Positions 1-9,209 are shown, counted from the first letter of the stretch. The stretch: 64,000 nucleotides of DNA from Candidatus Zhuqueibacterota bacterium (GCA_049322915.1 JBMOPW010000036.1:1-64000), one strand, 5' to 3'. Notes: generated by a model not told the origin, from the sequence alone. Numbers and translations are program-made.

Positions 1-1
1 G

Positions 2-532
2 GCGTGCTACGTTCCGTACTATGACCGCTTTATGTTCTTCCTGATGGTCTATAGCAACCTGGCCCAAGGCGAAACCATCCAGTTCCGCTTCTACGACGCC
101 AGCGACAATATCGTGTACTACATTCCGACCGAGGTCGTCTATCAATCCAATGCCATGGTCGGCACCGTGGAAACACCGTGGCAGTTCATCGCCCGACCCA
201 TGCGCGTTGGCGACCCCAGCTATGTGCCCGAGGAATTCACGCTCAGCGACTGCTTCCCCAATCCGTTCAATGGGGTGACGAAAATCGGCTATGGCATTCC
301 TCAGAAATGCCAGGTGCAGATCGTCATCTACAACATGCTCGGCCACAAGGTGCGCACCCTGGTCGTCGGCGAACAGCTCCCCGGCTACCGTTTCATCACC
401 TGGGACGGTCTCAATGACCAGGGCCAATCCGTCGCCTCCGGCATCTATCTGATTGAAATAACTGCCGGCAACCCGGCCCGCGGCGTCCGCTACGGCCTGC
501 ACAAGGTGAACAAGATGACATTATTGAAATAG
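2..532 (+). CDS. 3' part of a secreted modular protein with a FlgD-Ig/T9SS-type C-terminal sorting domain (5'-truncated by the window edge)
   Basis: Frame is open from base 2. The C-terminus reads ..FTLSDCFPNPFN..IYNMLGHKVRTLV..WDGLNDQGQSVASGIY..KMTLLK. It is preceded by a FLMVYSN..IQFRFY module also found in the 1483-aa protein. Confidence 0.85.
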   Translation, partial: ACYVPYYDRFMFFLMVYSNLAQGETIQFRFYDASDNIVYYIPTEVVYQSNAMVGTVETPWQFIARPMRVGDPSYVPEEFTLSDCFPNPFNGVTKIGYGIPQKCQVQIVIYNMLGHKVRTLVVGEQLPGYRFITWDGLNDQGQSVASGIYLIEITAGNPARGVRYGLHKVNKMTLLK

Positions 533-560
533 AATGATAATGACTGGTTATATGCAATCA

Positions 561-747
561 TAATTAGTGTCTGTCCGAAAACTGCTAATATTGACCTCAC
601 ACCAACCCTCTCCTAAAAGGAGAGGGAGAATAGATGTTCCCCTTCTCCTTCCAGGAGAAGGGGTTTAGGGGATGAGGTCTGACGTAATGAAGTTTGAAAA
701 TATCAACCCCATAGCTAATTGAGGTGTTTTCGGACAGACTCTGATTA
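561..747. mobile_element. MITE-like element with 22-bp terminal inverted repeats and an internal double-hairpin palindrome
   Basis: TAATTAGTGTCTGTCCGAAAAC (561-582) matches the reverse complement of GTTTTCGGACAGACTCTGATTA (726-747) with 2 mismatches. Inside, GACCTCA (593-599) / TGAGGTC (673-679) enclose hairpins CCCTCTCCT-aaa-AGGAGAGGG and CCCCTTCTCCT-tcc-AGGAGAAGGGG. Confidence 0.65.
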
Positions 748-768
748 GTAATCCAGGAGGATAGTATA

Positions 769-1491
769 ATGGCAAAAAATTGTACACTTTGTGGAAGTCG
801 TTTATCGTTCAGAAATTCTTTTGTGTGGCAAAATAAACGTGTTTGTAAATCTTGTCTAAAACAGTTGGAGAAAAATGAAAATATTGATTTTTTAACCATC
901 TACCCCAAAGCTGTACTTGTATTATCTACTCTGCCTTCAAAAGAATTAACTGACGATTGGTTTGTTAAATTTTTAGCAATTGCAGTTGGAAGTAAACTTG
1001 GCCATAAGGATATAAACCATTCACTAGATTTGATAACAAAATTTGAAAAATCAGGCATGGTATCAGGAATATGCGGAGATGTTAAAGATCAAGAATTAAC
1101 AGACGCTACGTTTTGCGAACAACAGGTCAATAGAGCTTTTCCAAATGTTGTAGATGGGCCTCATAGACTACGTCTTGCGCAAATTGATGACGCATTACAT
1201 TTAAAAGTTAATACAACAATTGCTTGGATATTTCCACCTGATGAATCCAAAATAAACGATGTCAATTCTCTACGGTTCTGTACACACAAACATCATCAGA
1301 TAAAACTGATTGATTCTAAATTAAAAAATTATCCATATTGCTCTGAACGGGATTCCTGTTCGATGAAATGTATTTATAATTTAGCTGATAACTTTTTTTT
1401 AGTTGGTTCAATTTTTCAAGATGTTGATTCTGATTTGATGAAGCAATTTGTTTTAAAAGATGGTGCTAAAGACTATACAACAAAAATATGA
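769..1491 (+). CDS. Hypothetical protein with N-terminal CxxC..CxxC zinc finger (cassette ORF)
   Basis: 240 aa with a strong RBS (AGGAGG) and CTLC..CKSC motif; markedly more AT-rich than its neighbours. Confidence 0.75.
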   Translation: MAKNCTLCGSRLSFRNSFVWQNKRVCKSCLKQLEKNENIDFLTIYPKAVLVLSTLPSKELTDDWFVKFLAIAVGSKLGHKDINHSLDLITKFEKSGMVSGICGDVKDQELTDATFCEQQVNRAFPNVVDGPHRLRLAQIDDALHLKVNTTIAWIFPPDESKINDVNSLRFCTHKHHQIKLIDSKLKNYPYCSERDSCSMKCIYNLADNFFLVGSIFQDVDSDLMKQFVLKDGAKDYTTKI

Positions 1492-1514
1492 TTAAATCTG
1501 TTTTCTAATATGGC

Positions 1515-1642
1515 ACATAACACATGGCTCAAGGCGGAATGAACCGCAAGAAAGTTTATATGTTTGAAGTCGGTTTTCATTTAACTCGTCCGTTGTTTAT
1601 TGTTTCTCGTCGCGGTTCAACCGCTTAGCCTTGCCGTTAGCC
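1515..1642 (+). other. attC-like integron recombination site (~128 bp)
   Basis: R'' ACATAAC 1515-1521, 5-bp spacer, L'' GCT[C]AAGG with an unpaired C, stem TGAACCGC/GCGGTTCA, L' GCTTAGC 1623-1629, 6-bp spacer, R' GTTAGCC 1636-1642. It starts 23 bp after the ORF stop. Confidence 0.8.
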
Positions 1643-1819
1643 ACCTGCCCGCGCCGGCGATGCATCCTGCGCGGGCTATGGTGGGGATGTATTTCCCGAA
1701 TGATTGGTTAGCAAGCCTGGCGTACTACGAATGACTTAACAGTTACATAAAATTTAATTCATGTTGTAATATACAAGCGGATGCCAGAAGTTATTTATAG
1801 CTAAGTAATTGAGGTACCC

Positions 1820-4800
1820 ATGCAATGGATAAAAGGTAGCATTTGTTGTTTGGCAGCGTTCATTTTCACAAATTTAGCCATCGCGTCGACGCCTGATTGG
1901 GATGTCAATCCCGCGGATTTTGAAATGTCGGCGAATATGACGGCTGTTCTTTATCTGGACGAAAAAATTGTGACAGGCACAGGGAATTACGTGGGCGTGT
2001 TTGATAATGGAAGCTGCCGCGGAGTGGCCAGTTCGATGAATATCATGAATACATGGATGTATTTCATCACCATCTATTCCAATGTGAACAACAGACCCAT
2101 GTCGCTCAAGGCGTACATTTCAGCGCAGGACACGGTTTTGGACATCGCAGAGACTATCACCTTTGTGGCGAACTCAACGTATGGGAGCCCGACCACGCCG
2201 TATGAACTCAATGCGTATATGGCCTATGATTTTCCTCCGATTGTCTGCAATATTCAGGATCAAAGGATCGAAGTAGGTCAGTCGTTCACTCCCATTGTGC
2301 TTGAAAATTATCTCCAACAATCGGATGATGATACCATTGAGTGGACGTATAGCGGGAATAAATCGCTCCGGGTTTTGATAGATGAAAATAATACAGCAAT
2401 CATTACACCGCCTTCTCCGGGCTGGGTCGGCTCGGATAGTATTATTTTCACGGCCACCGAGCGGACTGCCAGCGAATTGAGTGATTCGGATACCGCGCTG
2501 TTCACAATTTCCCCAACTGACCAGCCACCGCAGTTCACGAAAATTCCGGATCAAACGATTGGATTAGGCGGAAAATTCAATGACATCCCGCTGAAGGATT
2601 ACCTTGTTGAAGAAAACGGCGATAGCATTGTCTGGGATTATTCTTTTCTGACGAAATCAGGAACAACAGACCCGCCGACCTGGTCGGTGAATCCGAATGA
2701 CTATGAAATGTCCATGACAATGACTGCTGAAATCATTGTCCGGGGAGAGACGGCATCAGCCGGAAATTATGTTCTGGGCGCATTTGCGCTTGCGCCGAAT
2801 AAGACCCTGGAATGCCGGGGAACGGCGTCTCCGACGAAGGTGCTGGGGTCTTACATCTATTTCCTCACCGTCTATTCGGACATGAATAATGAAAAAATCG
2901 AATTCCGATTTTATAATGCGCCGGTAAAGGAAATTTTGCCGGTCAAAGAGCACTATTTCTTCTCTTCCAACGAATCCTATGGCTCACCAACCGAGCCAAT
3001 CGCATTGAATGCCGGGAATTTACACGTTACAATGAAGACCGGCGGGATAGTGCACCTGGAAGTGGTGGATTCAACCTGGTCCGGCGCCGAGACGATTGAA
3101 TTCATTGCGAGCGATTTCGGCACCATCCACCATTTTTCAGACTCCACGTCAGCGGTCTTCACCATATTGCCGGATCATAATCCGATTGTGAGCGGCATCC
3201 CGGACCAGACCGTCGACTACAAAGGCGTTTTCCTGAGCTTTGATCTGGATGACTATTTAGTGGAGATTGATCAGGAGCAGGTCCAGTGGACATACTCGGG
3301 CATTACGGATTTACAAGTGACCATCGATAATGATCATAAGGTCACCGTGAGCCCGAAAAGCCCGGAATGGGTCGGAAGCGAAGTGATTATTTTCACAGTG
3401 ACGGACGTTTCCGCCAATGAATTGACAAGCTCAGATTCGGCCAAATTTACGATCAAGCCGCTGGATCACCCCCCGGTTCTGTCGGATATTCCCGATCAGA
3501 TCATCGGCATTGGCAGCAAATTTCAGGCAATTGACCTGACATCGTACGTGACCGAAGTGGATGGCGACACGCTTGTCTGGAGCTATGAATTCGCGGTACC
3601 GGAGCAGACGGATGAGCCGCCGAACTGGTCAGTCGTTCCGGCCATGTACGAGTCATCGATGAATATAACAGCCATTGTCACCTGTCAGGGAAAGACGGCC
3701 GGCCAGGGAGATTTCGTGCTGGGCGCTTTTGCCGCAGATTTGGCCGACCCGACGTTGTTTCAGGAATGCCGCGGAACAGCAACTCCGATGGAGTCGATGG
3801 GGTCCTGGTTCTATTTCCTGACCATCTATTCGAACAAAAGCGGCGAGGAAATCCGTTTGAAATTCTATAGCGATACAATGCAGAAAATTTTCCCGATACA
3901 ACAAAGCTACTTTTTCGTTGCCAATGAATTTTACGGCAACCCGGCTGATCCATGCAGCTTGAATGCCAGCTACCTCACCATTGATATCAACGAGGCGAAT
4001 CAGGCGATGATCAGCATCGTGGACGAATCCTGGCTTGGCACGGAGAAAGTCTGGTTCATCGCAACGGACAAGGGAACAGTGCATCAGTATGCTGATTCAT
4101 CGCTGGTCACTTTTTCGGTGATTCACGACCATGTCCCCATTGTTCAGGGAATTCCGGATCAACGCATCGAACTTGGCGATTCGTTTTCGACTTTTGATCT
4201 GGACGACTATCTCACGGAGGAGGATGACAACGGGATACTCTGGACCAGGAATGAAAGCGTCAATTTCGATGTTGCGATCGACACCGGCAATGTGGTGACT
4301 GTAACGGCGAAAAAGTCCGATTGGACCGGCAGCGAGGTCATTATTTTTACCGGAACGGATAATACAATGAATCATTTCGCTGACTCGGACAGCGCGAAAT
4401 TTACAGTGTTGCCTGTCGACCACAAGCCGGTCCTGTCCGAAATCCCGGAACAGAGCGCCTATCTCGGCTGTAACTTTCTGGATTTGACAATGGAATATTT
4501 TCTGGAAGAAGTGGATAATGACAGTCTGCTGATCCGTTGCGAATTTCCGGTCGCGCCAGATTGCGTCACAACGCCTGTGTGGTCGGTTCAACCAAAGGAA
4601 TTTGAATTGTCCATGAATGTGATTGCGCAGGTCATTTGCCTGGGCGACACCATGCAGTCCGGTTCCCATGTGTTGGGCGCGTTTTGCGACAACCAGTGCC
4701 GCGGCGTCGCCAGCCCCACGTCCATGTTTGGCGGCTGGATCTATTTCATCACCCTGTACGCGAATGAAGAAGTGGATTCGCTGTCGTTCCGATTCTTCAA

Positions 4801-6271
4801 CGCTTCGACCGGCGAGATTTTCCCTGTGAAAGAGAAAGTCCAGTTCGCCTCCAATTCAGTCCTGGGCAAGGCGGATGACCCGTTTGTGCTGCATTCCGGA
4901 TTCCTGGAAATCAGCATCAGCGACCGGATTGCCAGCATCGATGTCATTGATTGGGAGTGGGTTGGCGAAGAAGAAGTTCGCTTCATTGTCAAAGATATTG
5001 GGACGCTACACGAATTCGCCGATTCCCAGTTGGTCACATTTACGGTGCTTGATAGCAGCGGGAGTCATTTTACTCAGTACATTCCGCTTAATCCCAAAAA
5101 AGTGAATATGATTTCCTTCAACGTCATGCCAGAAAGCGCTGCCATCGACACGATGTTGGATGATGTCAGCAGCTTGCTGTTAGCTCAGGATGATGAGGGC
5201 AATTTTTATATTCCACCCTACAAGGTGAACACGATCCACACGGTGGATTTTTCCAATGGCTACCAGGTTTATTACACGTCGAATAAAAAGGACACCATCG
5301 TCAACCGCGGCTTCGATTTGCTTCCAACCACGGTGTTGCAGCATTTTGACGACAGCCGGCTTTTCATGATCGGCTATCCGTATCAGCAACTCTACGAGAT
5401 AAAGGATGTATTTTCAGCCATCATGAATGCTGTCGTGGTGGTGCAGGATGACGCCGGCAAGTTCTGGATCCCGGACTATAACGTCAACACCATAAATTTG
5501 ATGCGGCCGGGCAAGGGGTATCAGATTTTTGTGGATGAAACGCTGAATTTCACCTATCCGGATCTGTCCGATTTTTCAAGCAAGAAAGTGGCTTCCTGCA
5601 CTCAATCCGGCATCGACCAAGAAAAGGCAGTGAAGCATTTCACGTACAATGAAACCGGTCAGCCGTATTGTATTCTGATCACCGGTTCGGAGTTCGCCTT
5701 TTCCGAGGGCGATGAACTGGCTGCCTTTGCAGAGGATCGGTGTGTGGGTGCGGCGATCTTTACCGGACAATTTCCGGTGATTTTGCCGGCGTGGCAGGAA
5801 ATTATCGGCAGGGATTTCGCGCTGCCCGGATTCACACCCGGCCAGCCTATTCAATTGAAATTATGGCGGCCTTCGGATTCGAGAATGTCCAATATTGCGG
5901 CCCGGTTTGAAAAGAAGGGAATGGAATTTTACGGCGCGGCAGCGTTTTCTGCTGTCCATCTTCTGGAGGCAGATCAGGTGGCATCCTTACCGGACAAGTA
6001 TGCGCTGTTCCAGAATTTCCCCAATCCTTTCAATCCTGAAACGACCATTCGATACCAGTTGCCGGCGATGTGCCCGGTGGAGATTGTCATCTATACCGTG
6101 CTGGGGCAAAAAGTGAGGACGCTGGTCGATGAGAAGAAACCGGCCGGTCACTATGAAATTTCCTGGGATGGCAAAGATGCTTCGGGTCAGGAAGTCGCTT
6201 CCGGCGCGTATATGATGAGCATGAAAGCCGGGAATTTTTCCAGCACCCAGAAATTGCTTCTGGTGAAATGA
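1820..6271 (+). CDS. Large secreted repeat protein (cadherin/Ig-like repeats) with FlgD/T9SS-type C-terminal domain
   Basis: Signal peptide; six IxDQ/IPEQ..F..L..YL.E.D cadherin-like units; four WxVxP..M..CRG.A..YF.T.Y.N modules; C-terminal QNFPNPFNPET..WDGKD..ASG.Y..KLLLVK. Confidence 0.9.
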   Translation: MQWIKGSICCLAAFIFTNLAIASTPDWDVNPADFEMSANMTAVLYLDEKIVTGTGNYVGVFDNGSCRGVASSMNIMNTWMYFITIYSNVNNRPMSLKAYISAQDTVLDIAETITFVANSTYGSPTTPYELNAYMAYDFPPIVCNIQDQRIEVGQSFTPIVLENYLQQSDDDTIEWTYSGNKSLRVLIDENNTAIITPPSPGWVGSDSIIFTATERTASELSDSDTALFTISPTDQPPQFTKIPDQTIGLGGKFNDIPLKDYLVEENGDSIVWDYSFLTKSGTTDPPTWSVNPNDYEMSMTMTAEIIVRGETASAGNYVLGAFALAPNKTLECRGTASPTKVLGSYIYFLTVYSDMNNEKIEFRFYNAPVKEILPVKEHYFFSSNESYGSPTEPIALNAGNLHVTMKTGGIVHLEVVDSTWSGAETIEFIASDFGTIHHFSDSTSAVFTILPDHNPIVSGIPDQTVDYKGVFLSFDLDDYLVEIDQEQVQWTYSGITDLQVTIDNDHKVTVSPKSPEWVGSEVIIFTVTDVSANELTSSDSAKFTIKPLDHPPVLSDIPDQIIGIGSKFQAIDLTSYVTEVDGDTLVWSYEFAVPEQTDEPPNWSVVPAMYESSMNITAIVTCQGKTAGQGDFVLGAFAADLADPTLFQECRGTATPMESMGSWFYFLTIYSNKSGEEIRLKFYSDTMQKIFPIQQSYFFVANEFYGNPADPCSLNASYLTIDINEANQAMISIVDESWLGTEKVWFIATDKGTVHQYADSSLVTFSVIHDHVPIVQGIPDQRIELGDSFSTFDLDDYLTEEDDNGILWTRNESVNFDVAIDTGNVVTVTAKKSDWTGSEVIIFTGTDNTMNHFADSDSAKFTVLPVDHKPVLSEIPEQSAYLGCNFLDLTMEYFLEEVDNDSLLIRCEFPVAPDCVTTPVWSVQPKEFELSMNVIAQVICLGDTMQSGSHVLGAFCDNQCRGVASPTSMFGGWIYFITLYANEEVDSLSFRFFNASTGEIFPVKEKVQFASNSVLGKADDPFVLHSGFLEISISDRIASIDVIDWEWVGEEEVRFIVKDIGTLHEFADSQLVTFTVLDSSGSHFTQYIPLNPKKVNMISFNVMPESAAIDTMLDDVSSLLLAQDDEGNFYIPPYKVNTIHTVDFSNGYQVYYTSNKKDTIVNRGFDLLPTTVLQHFDDSRLFMIGYPYQQLYEIKDVFSAIMNAVVVVQDDAGKFWIPDYNVNTINLMRPGKGYQIFVDETLNFTYPDLSDFSSKKVASCTQSGIDQEKAVKHFTYNETGQPYCILITGSEFAFSEGDELAAFAEDRCVGAAIFTGQFPVILPAWQEIIGRDFALPGFTPGQPIQLKLWRPSDSRMSNIAARFEKKGMEFYGAAAFSAVHLLEADQVASLPDKYALFQNFPNPFNPETTIRYQLPAMCPVEIVIYTVLGQKVRTLVDEKKPAGHYEISWDGKDASGQEVASGAYMMSMKAGNFSSTQKLLLVK

Positions 6272-6383
6272 CGCGCCATGAAGTGATTCGAACCGGCAAT
6301 AGCCCGGGGACGGCGGCAGACATTTATCTGGCATTCGATGGAAATTTGACGGGATACAATATCAAGAAACGTAGTAGGAGCCA

Positions 6384-9131
6384 ATGAGCGGCCTTTATCA
6401 TAGAACAGCAATGAAAATTATGAGAAAGAAGATGACAATGCAACGAAGAAAAATAGTCGGGCTGATTCGGTCCATTCAATGGAGCGATAAATTGACGAAG
6501 GTATTATGTCCGCTCCTGTTCGTCATTTGTCAAACTGGTTTATCGTTGGGAGGGACGCAGCATTTTTACCCGGTCGAGAACACGGGTCTCAATGCGCCGG
6601 TTGTGATTCAATTAGCCTTGATTAACGGAGACACAATCGAAGTGGGCGATGAGATTGGCCTGTTCGATGGGGATCTCTGCGTTGGGGCAACGGTGTTCAA
6701 TGGCTCATTCAATCTCGTGGTCAGCAGCGTTTTACAGTATGTGACGCCGCAGGGTGACACCTTGCCTGGCGCAAAAACCGGGAATGCGATGATCTTCAAG
6801 ATATGGCAGGATTGTTCTCATCTGGAAGGGAGCGCCACTGCGACCATTGCACAGGGCGGCCAGTTCGGCAATGTCTTTACTCTCGTCACCAGGCTGACGA
6901 CGACGATTTATCGGCCGGATATCGACGTACAGCGGCTGGCGGCTACCTCAATTGCCCGGGGAGGCACGGATGATATTGGCGAGCATTTGATCGGCAAGGC
7001 GAAATTTGTCTACACCATCGACAATACCGCTGGTACGGACACGTTGATTGTGACCGGTGTGACCGATTCGAACCATACCAATTGCAGCAATTTTTCAGTC
7101 TCCTCATCGCTGCCGTTCACAGTGGCGAATGGTAAAATTGGCAGTCTCAGCATTTCATTCGAAATCGATACTGTGGGGGCGGTCAGTCTGCTCATGAGAA
7201 TTTACCACAACGATTACGATGAAAACTCCTATTCGTTCACCATTCAGGGGACAGGGCTGACAACGCCAACAGTGGCAACGGTGACGATTGATTCGATCAA
7301 AACAAACCGCGCGCGCTGCGAAGGCAATATCATCGATGGAGGCGGTGGAGATATCGCGAGTCGCGGCGTCTGCTGGGGTCAGGCTGCCAATCCAACCACG
7401 CGCAGCAGCCATTCGAGTAATGGCTCCGGGACCGGACAATTTTTTGGCACGATTACCGACGTGTCGCCCAATACGGTCTACCACGTTCGGGCCTATGCCT
7501 CCAATTCCGTCATCACAGGATACGGCGGAGACTCGACGTTCTGCACGCTTTCAGTGCCGCCTGCGATAAGTAACCTGACATGCGACAAGAGCGGAGTCAT
7601 CAGCACGACCACGCTCACCTTCACTGCGGTTTCCGGTTTTGGTCCCGGAACGGTTCAATATTATCGTTATAAATTCACCACCAACGCCACTTACAGTTGG
7701 CCCGGGAATGAGACCCAATGGTCGTCCGGCGCGTTGCTGATCGCGATTCCGGTCGCGAATGCCAATTATTATCTTCATGTCAAAGGCTACAATGCCGTGG
7801 GCGTTGAAAATGGAGTGCTTCGATTGGGGCCGTTTCTCTGGAATGGAACGCCCATAAAACCGGTGATGGAACTGAACGCCGGCGCCCGAACCAATGAGGC
7901 CAACTCTGTCATGCTCAATTGGAAGAACCAGAACAGCGACGCGCACACCATTGAAGTCTGGGCAAAAGGTTTTGGCGGCTATCCTGAATACAGCGGCTCT
8001 GTGCCAGCGACGCCGGCCACACCGGATGATGCCAATTCCGCCGGCTGGGCGAAAATCTCCGATACATTGGTCACGCAATGCATCTACTCGCCGGCCCAGC
8101 GTGATTTTTACTACTTTGCGGTGTTCGTGGAAGATCTGGTGGGACATTACAGTGCGCCGGTTGTTGATTCCACGCTGTCCTACTGGTTGGGCGATGTGAA
8201 CGCTACCCCGGATGGCATTGTGGATGCGGCCGATATTGCCATCCTCGCCAGCGCCTATCGGGCGCGGCAGGGCGAATCCTTCTGGAATGCAAAATGCGAT
8301 CTTGCGCCAACTACGGACTACCGGCGGCTCAGCCGACCCATTCCGGATGATGTGGTCAATTTTGAAGATCTGATGGTCTTTGCCATGAATTATGAATCCG
8401 GCGAGTCAGACTGCCGGAGCGACCTCGCCCAATCCGGCGAAATGGCGCGCGTCATGCTGACGCTATCGGCGCGCCGAGTGAGCGGGAAGCTCCGTGTGGA
8501 CATTCGGCTGGATAACAATGACGGCCTGATTCAGGGCTTGCTCATTTCTATCCGCTACAGTTCAGATCTGAAATTGGTCAATGTGAATAAGGGTGCAATC
8601 TGGGGTGAGGACAATTTCTTCACCACGATTCAAGGGATGCAACGGTTCGAGATTCACGGCGCTGTCCTAGGAACCGGTGACGCGATTGCAAAGAGCGGCA
8701 CGCTCGCCACGATCTATTTCACCGAATGTGGGGAGGACGCAACAGTGCAATTCGGCGATGTTGTGTGCCGCACGGTGAATAACTCTAAAGTTGAGTTGAG
8801 TTGCAATTATACCGATGTCCCTGAAGATGAACTCCCGGCGATCCCTGACGCGTTTGATCTTCAGCAGAATTATCCCAATCCGTTCAATGGGCTCACCACA
8901 ATTCGCTACGAACTGCCCGCAGGAGAGCATGATGTGCGCATTGGCGTCTTTGATGTTTTAGGTCATCAGGTAAAAACACTGGTCGAAAAACAGAACCAGC
9001 CGGCCGGGTTTTATCAGGTCAACTGGGATGGGCGTGATGACTCAGGTCGCGCGGTGACCTCCGGCATTTATTTCTATCGGCTTCATACAGAGAAAGAGAC
9101 GATGGTGAGAAAAATGGTGCTGATTGAATGA
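6384..9131 (+). CDS. Secreted multidomain protein (Ig-like, FN3-like, dockerin-like, cohesin-like, FlgD/T9SS-type CTD); the true start may be a later Met (6411-6438)
   Basis: Hydrophobic signal segment; FN3-like YHVRAYASN; GDVNATPDGIVDAADI..DDVVNFEDL dockerin-like pair; SGTLATIYF cohesin-like motif; C-terminal QNYPNPFN..WDGRD..KMVLIE. Confidence 0.85.
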   Translation: MSGLYHRTAMKIMRKKMTMQRRKIVGLIRSIQWSDKLTKVLCPLLFVICQTGLSLGGTQHFYPVENTGLNAPVVIQLALINGDTIEVGDEIGLFDGDLCVGATVFNGSFNLVVSSVLQYVTPQGDTLPGAKTGNAMIFKIWQDCSHLEGSATATIAQGGQFGNVFTLVTRLTTTIYRPDIDVQRLAATSIARGGTDDIGEHLIGKAKFVYTIDNTAGTDTLIVTGVTDSNHTNCSNFSVSSSLPFTVANGKIGSLSISFEIDTVGAVSLLMRIYHNDYDENSYSFTIQGTGLTTPTVATVTIDSIKTNRARCEGNIIDGGGGDIASRGVCWGQAANPTTRSSHSSNGSGTGQFFGTITDVSPNTVYHVRAYASNSVITGYGGDSTFCTLSVPPAISNLTCDKSGVISTTTLTFTAVSGFGPGTVQYYRYKFTTNATYSWPGNETQWSSGALLIAIPVANANYYLHVKGYNAVGVENGVLRLGPFLWNGTPIKPVMELNAGARTNEANSVMLNWKNQNSDAHTIEVWAKGFGGYPEYSGSVPATPATPDDANSAGWAKISDTLVTQCIYSPAQRDFYYFAVFVEDLVGHYSAPVVDSTLSYWLGDVNATPDGIVDAADIAILASAYRARQGESFWNAKCDLAPTTDYRRLSRPIPDDVVNFEDLMVFAMNYESGESDCRSDLAQSGEMARVMLTLSARRVSGKLRVDIRLDNNDGLIQGLLISIRYSSDLKLVNVNKGAIWGEDNFFTTIQGMQRFEIHGAVLGTGDAIAKSGTLATIYFTECGEDATVQFGDVVCRTVNNSKVELSCNYTDVPEDELPAIPDAFDLQQNYPNPFNGLTTIRYELPAGEHDVRIGVFDVLGHQVKTLVEKQNQPAGFYQVNWDGRDDSGRAVTSGIYFYRLHTEKETMVRKMVLIE

Positions 9132-9150
9132 GGAAAAGGTTTCGAAAGAC

Positions 9151-9209
9151 GCCTTGCATTTCCGGAAATAAAGCGTTGCGTTATCCTGAGTGCGCCGGAA
9201 ATGCAAGGC
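9151..9209. terminator. Perfect 15-bp inverted repeat between convergent genes, probable terminator or processing stem
   Basis: GCCTTGCATTTCCGG (9151-9165) / CCGGAAATGCAAGGC (9195-9209), with no U-tract. Confidence 0.5.

Larger units (their letters stand above)
548..1636 (+). mobile_element. Putative integron gene cassette (solo, no intI in window)
   Basis: G|TTATATGC at 547-555 is the near complement (1 mismatch) of GCACATAAC at 1513-1521. It is followed by a single AT-rich ORF and then an attC-like site ending G|TTAGCC at 1636-1642. Confidence 0.7.

Noticed and set aside
597..899. 100-aa minus-strand ORF ending PHPLNPFSWKEKG..SPSPFRRG
   Set aside because: Translation of the palindromic repeat, overlapping the cassette ORF.
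1730..1760. Possible dif/Xer site
   Set aside because: Only a partial XerD-like arm; the XerC arm and spacing do not fit.
6280..6300. GGTTCGAATC T-loop-like motif on the minus strand
   Set aside because: No cloverleaf can be built around it.
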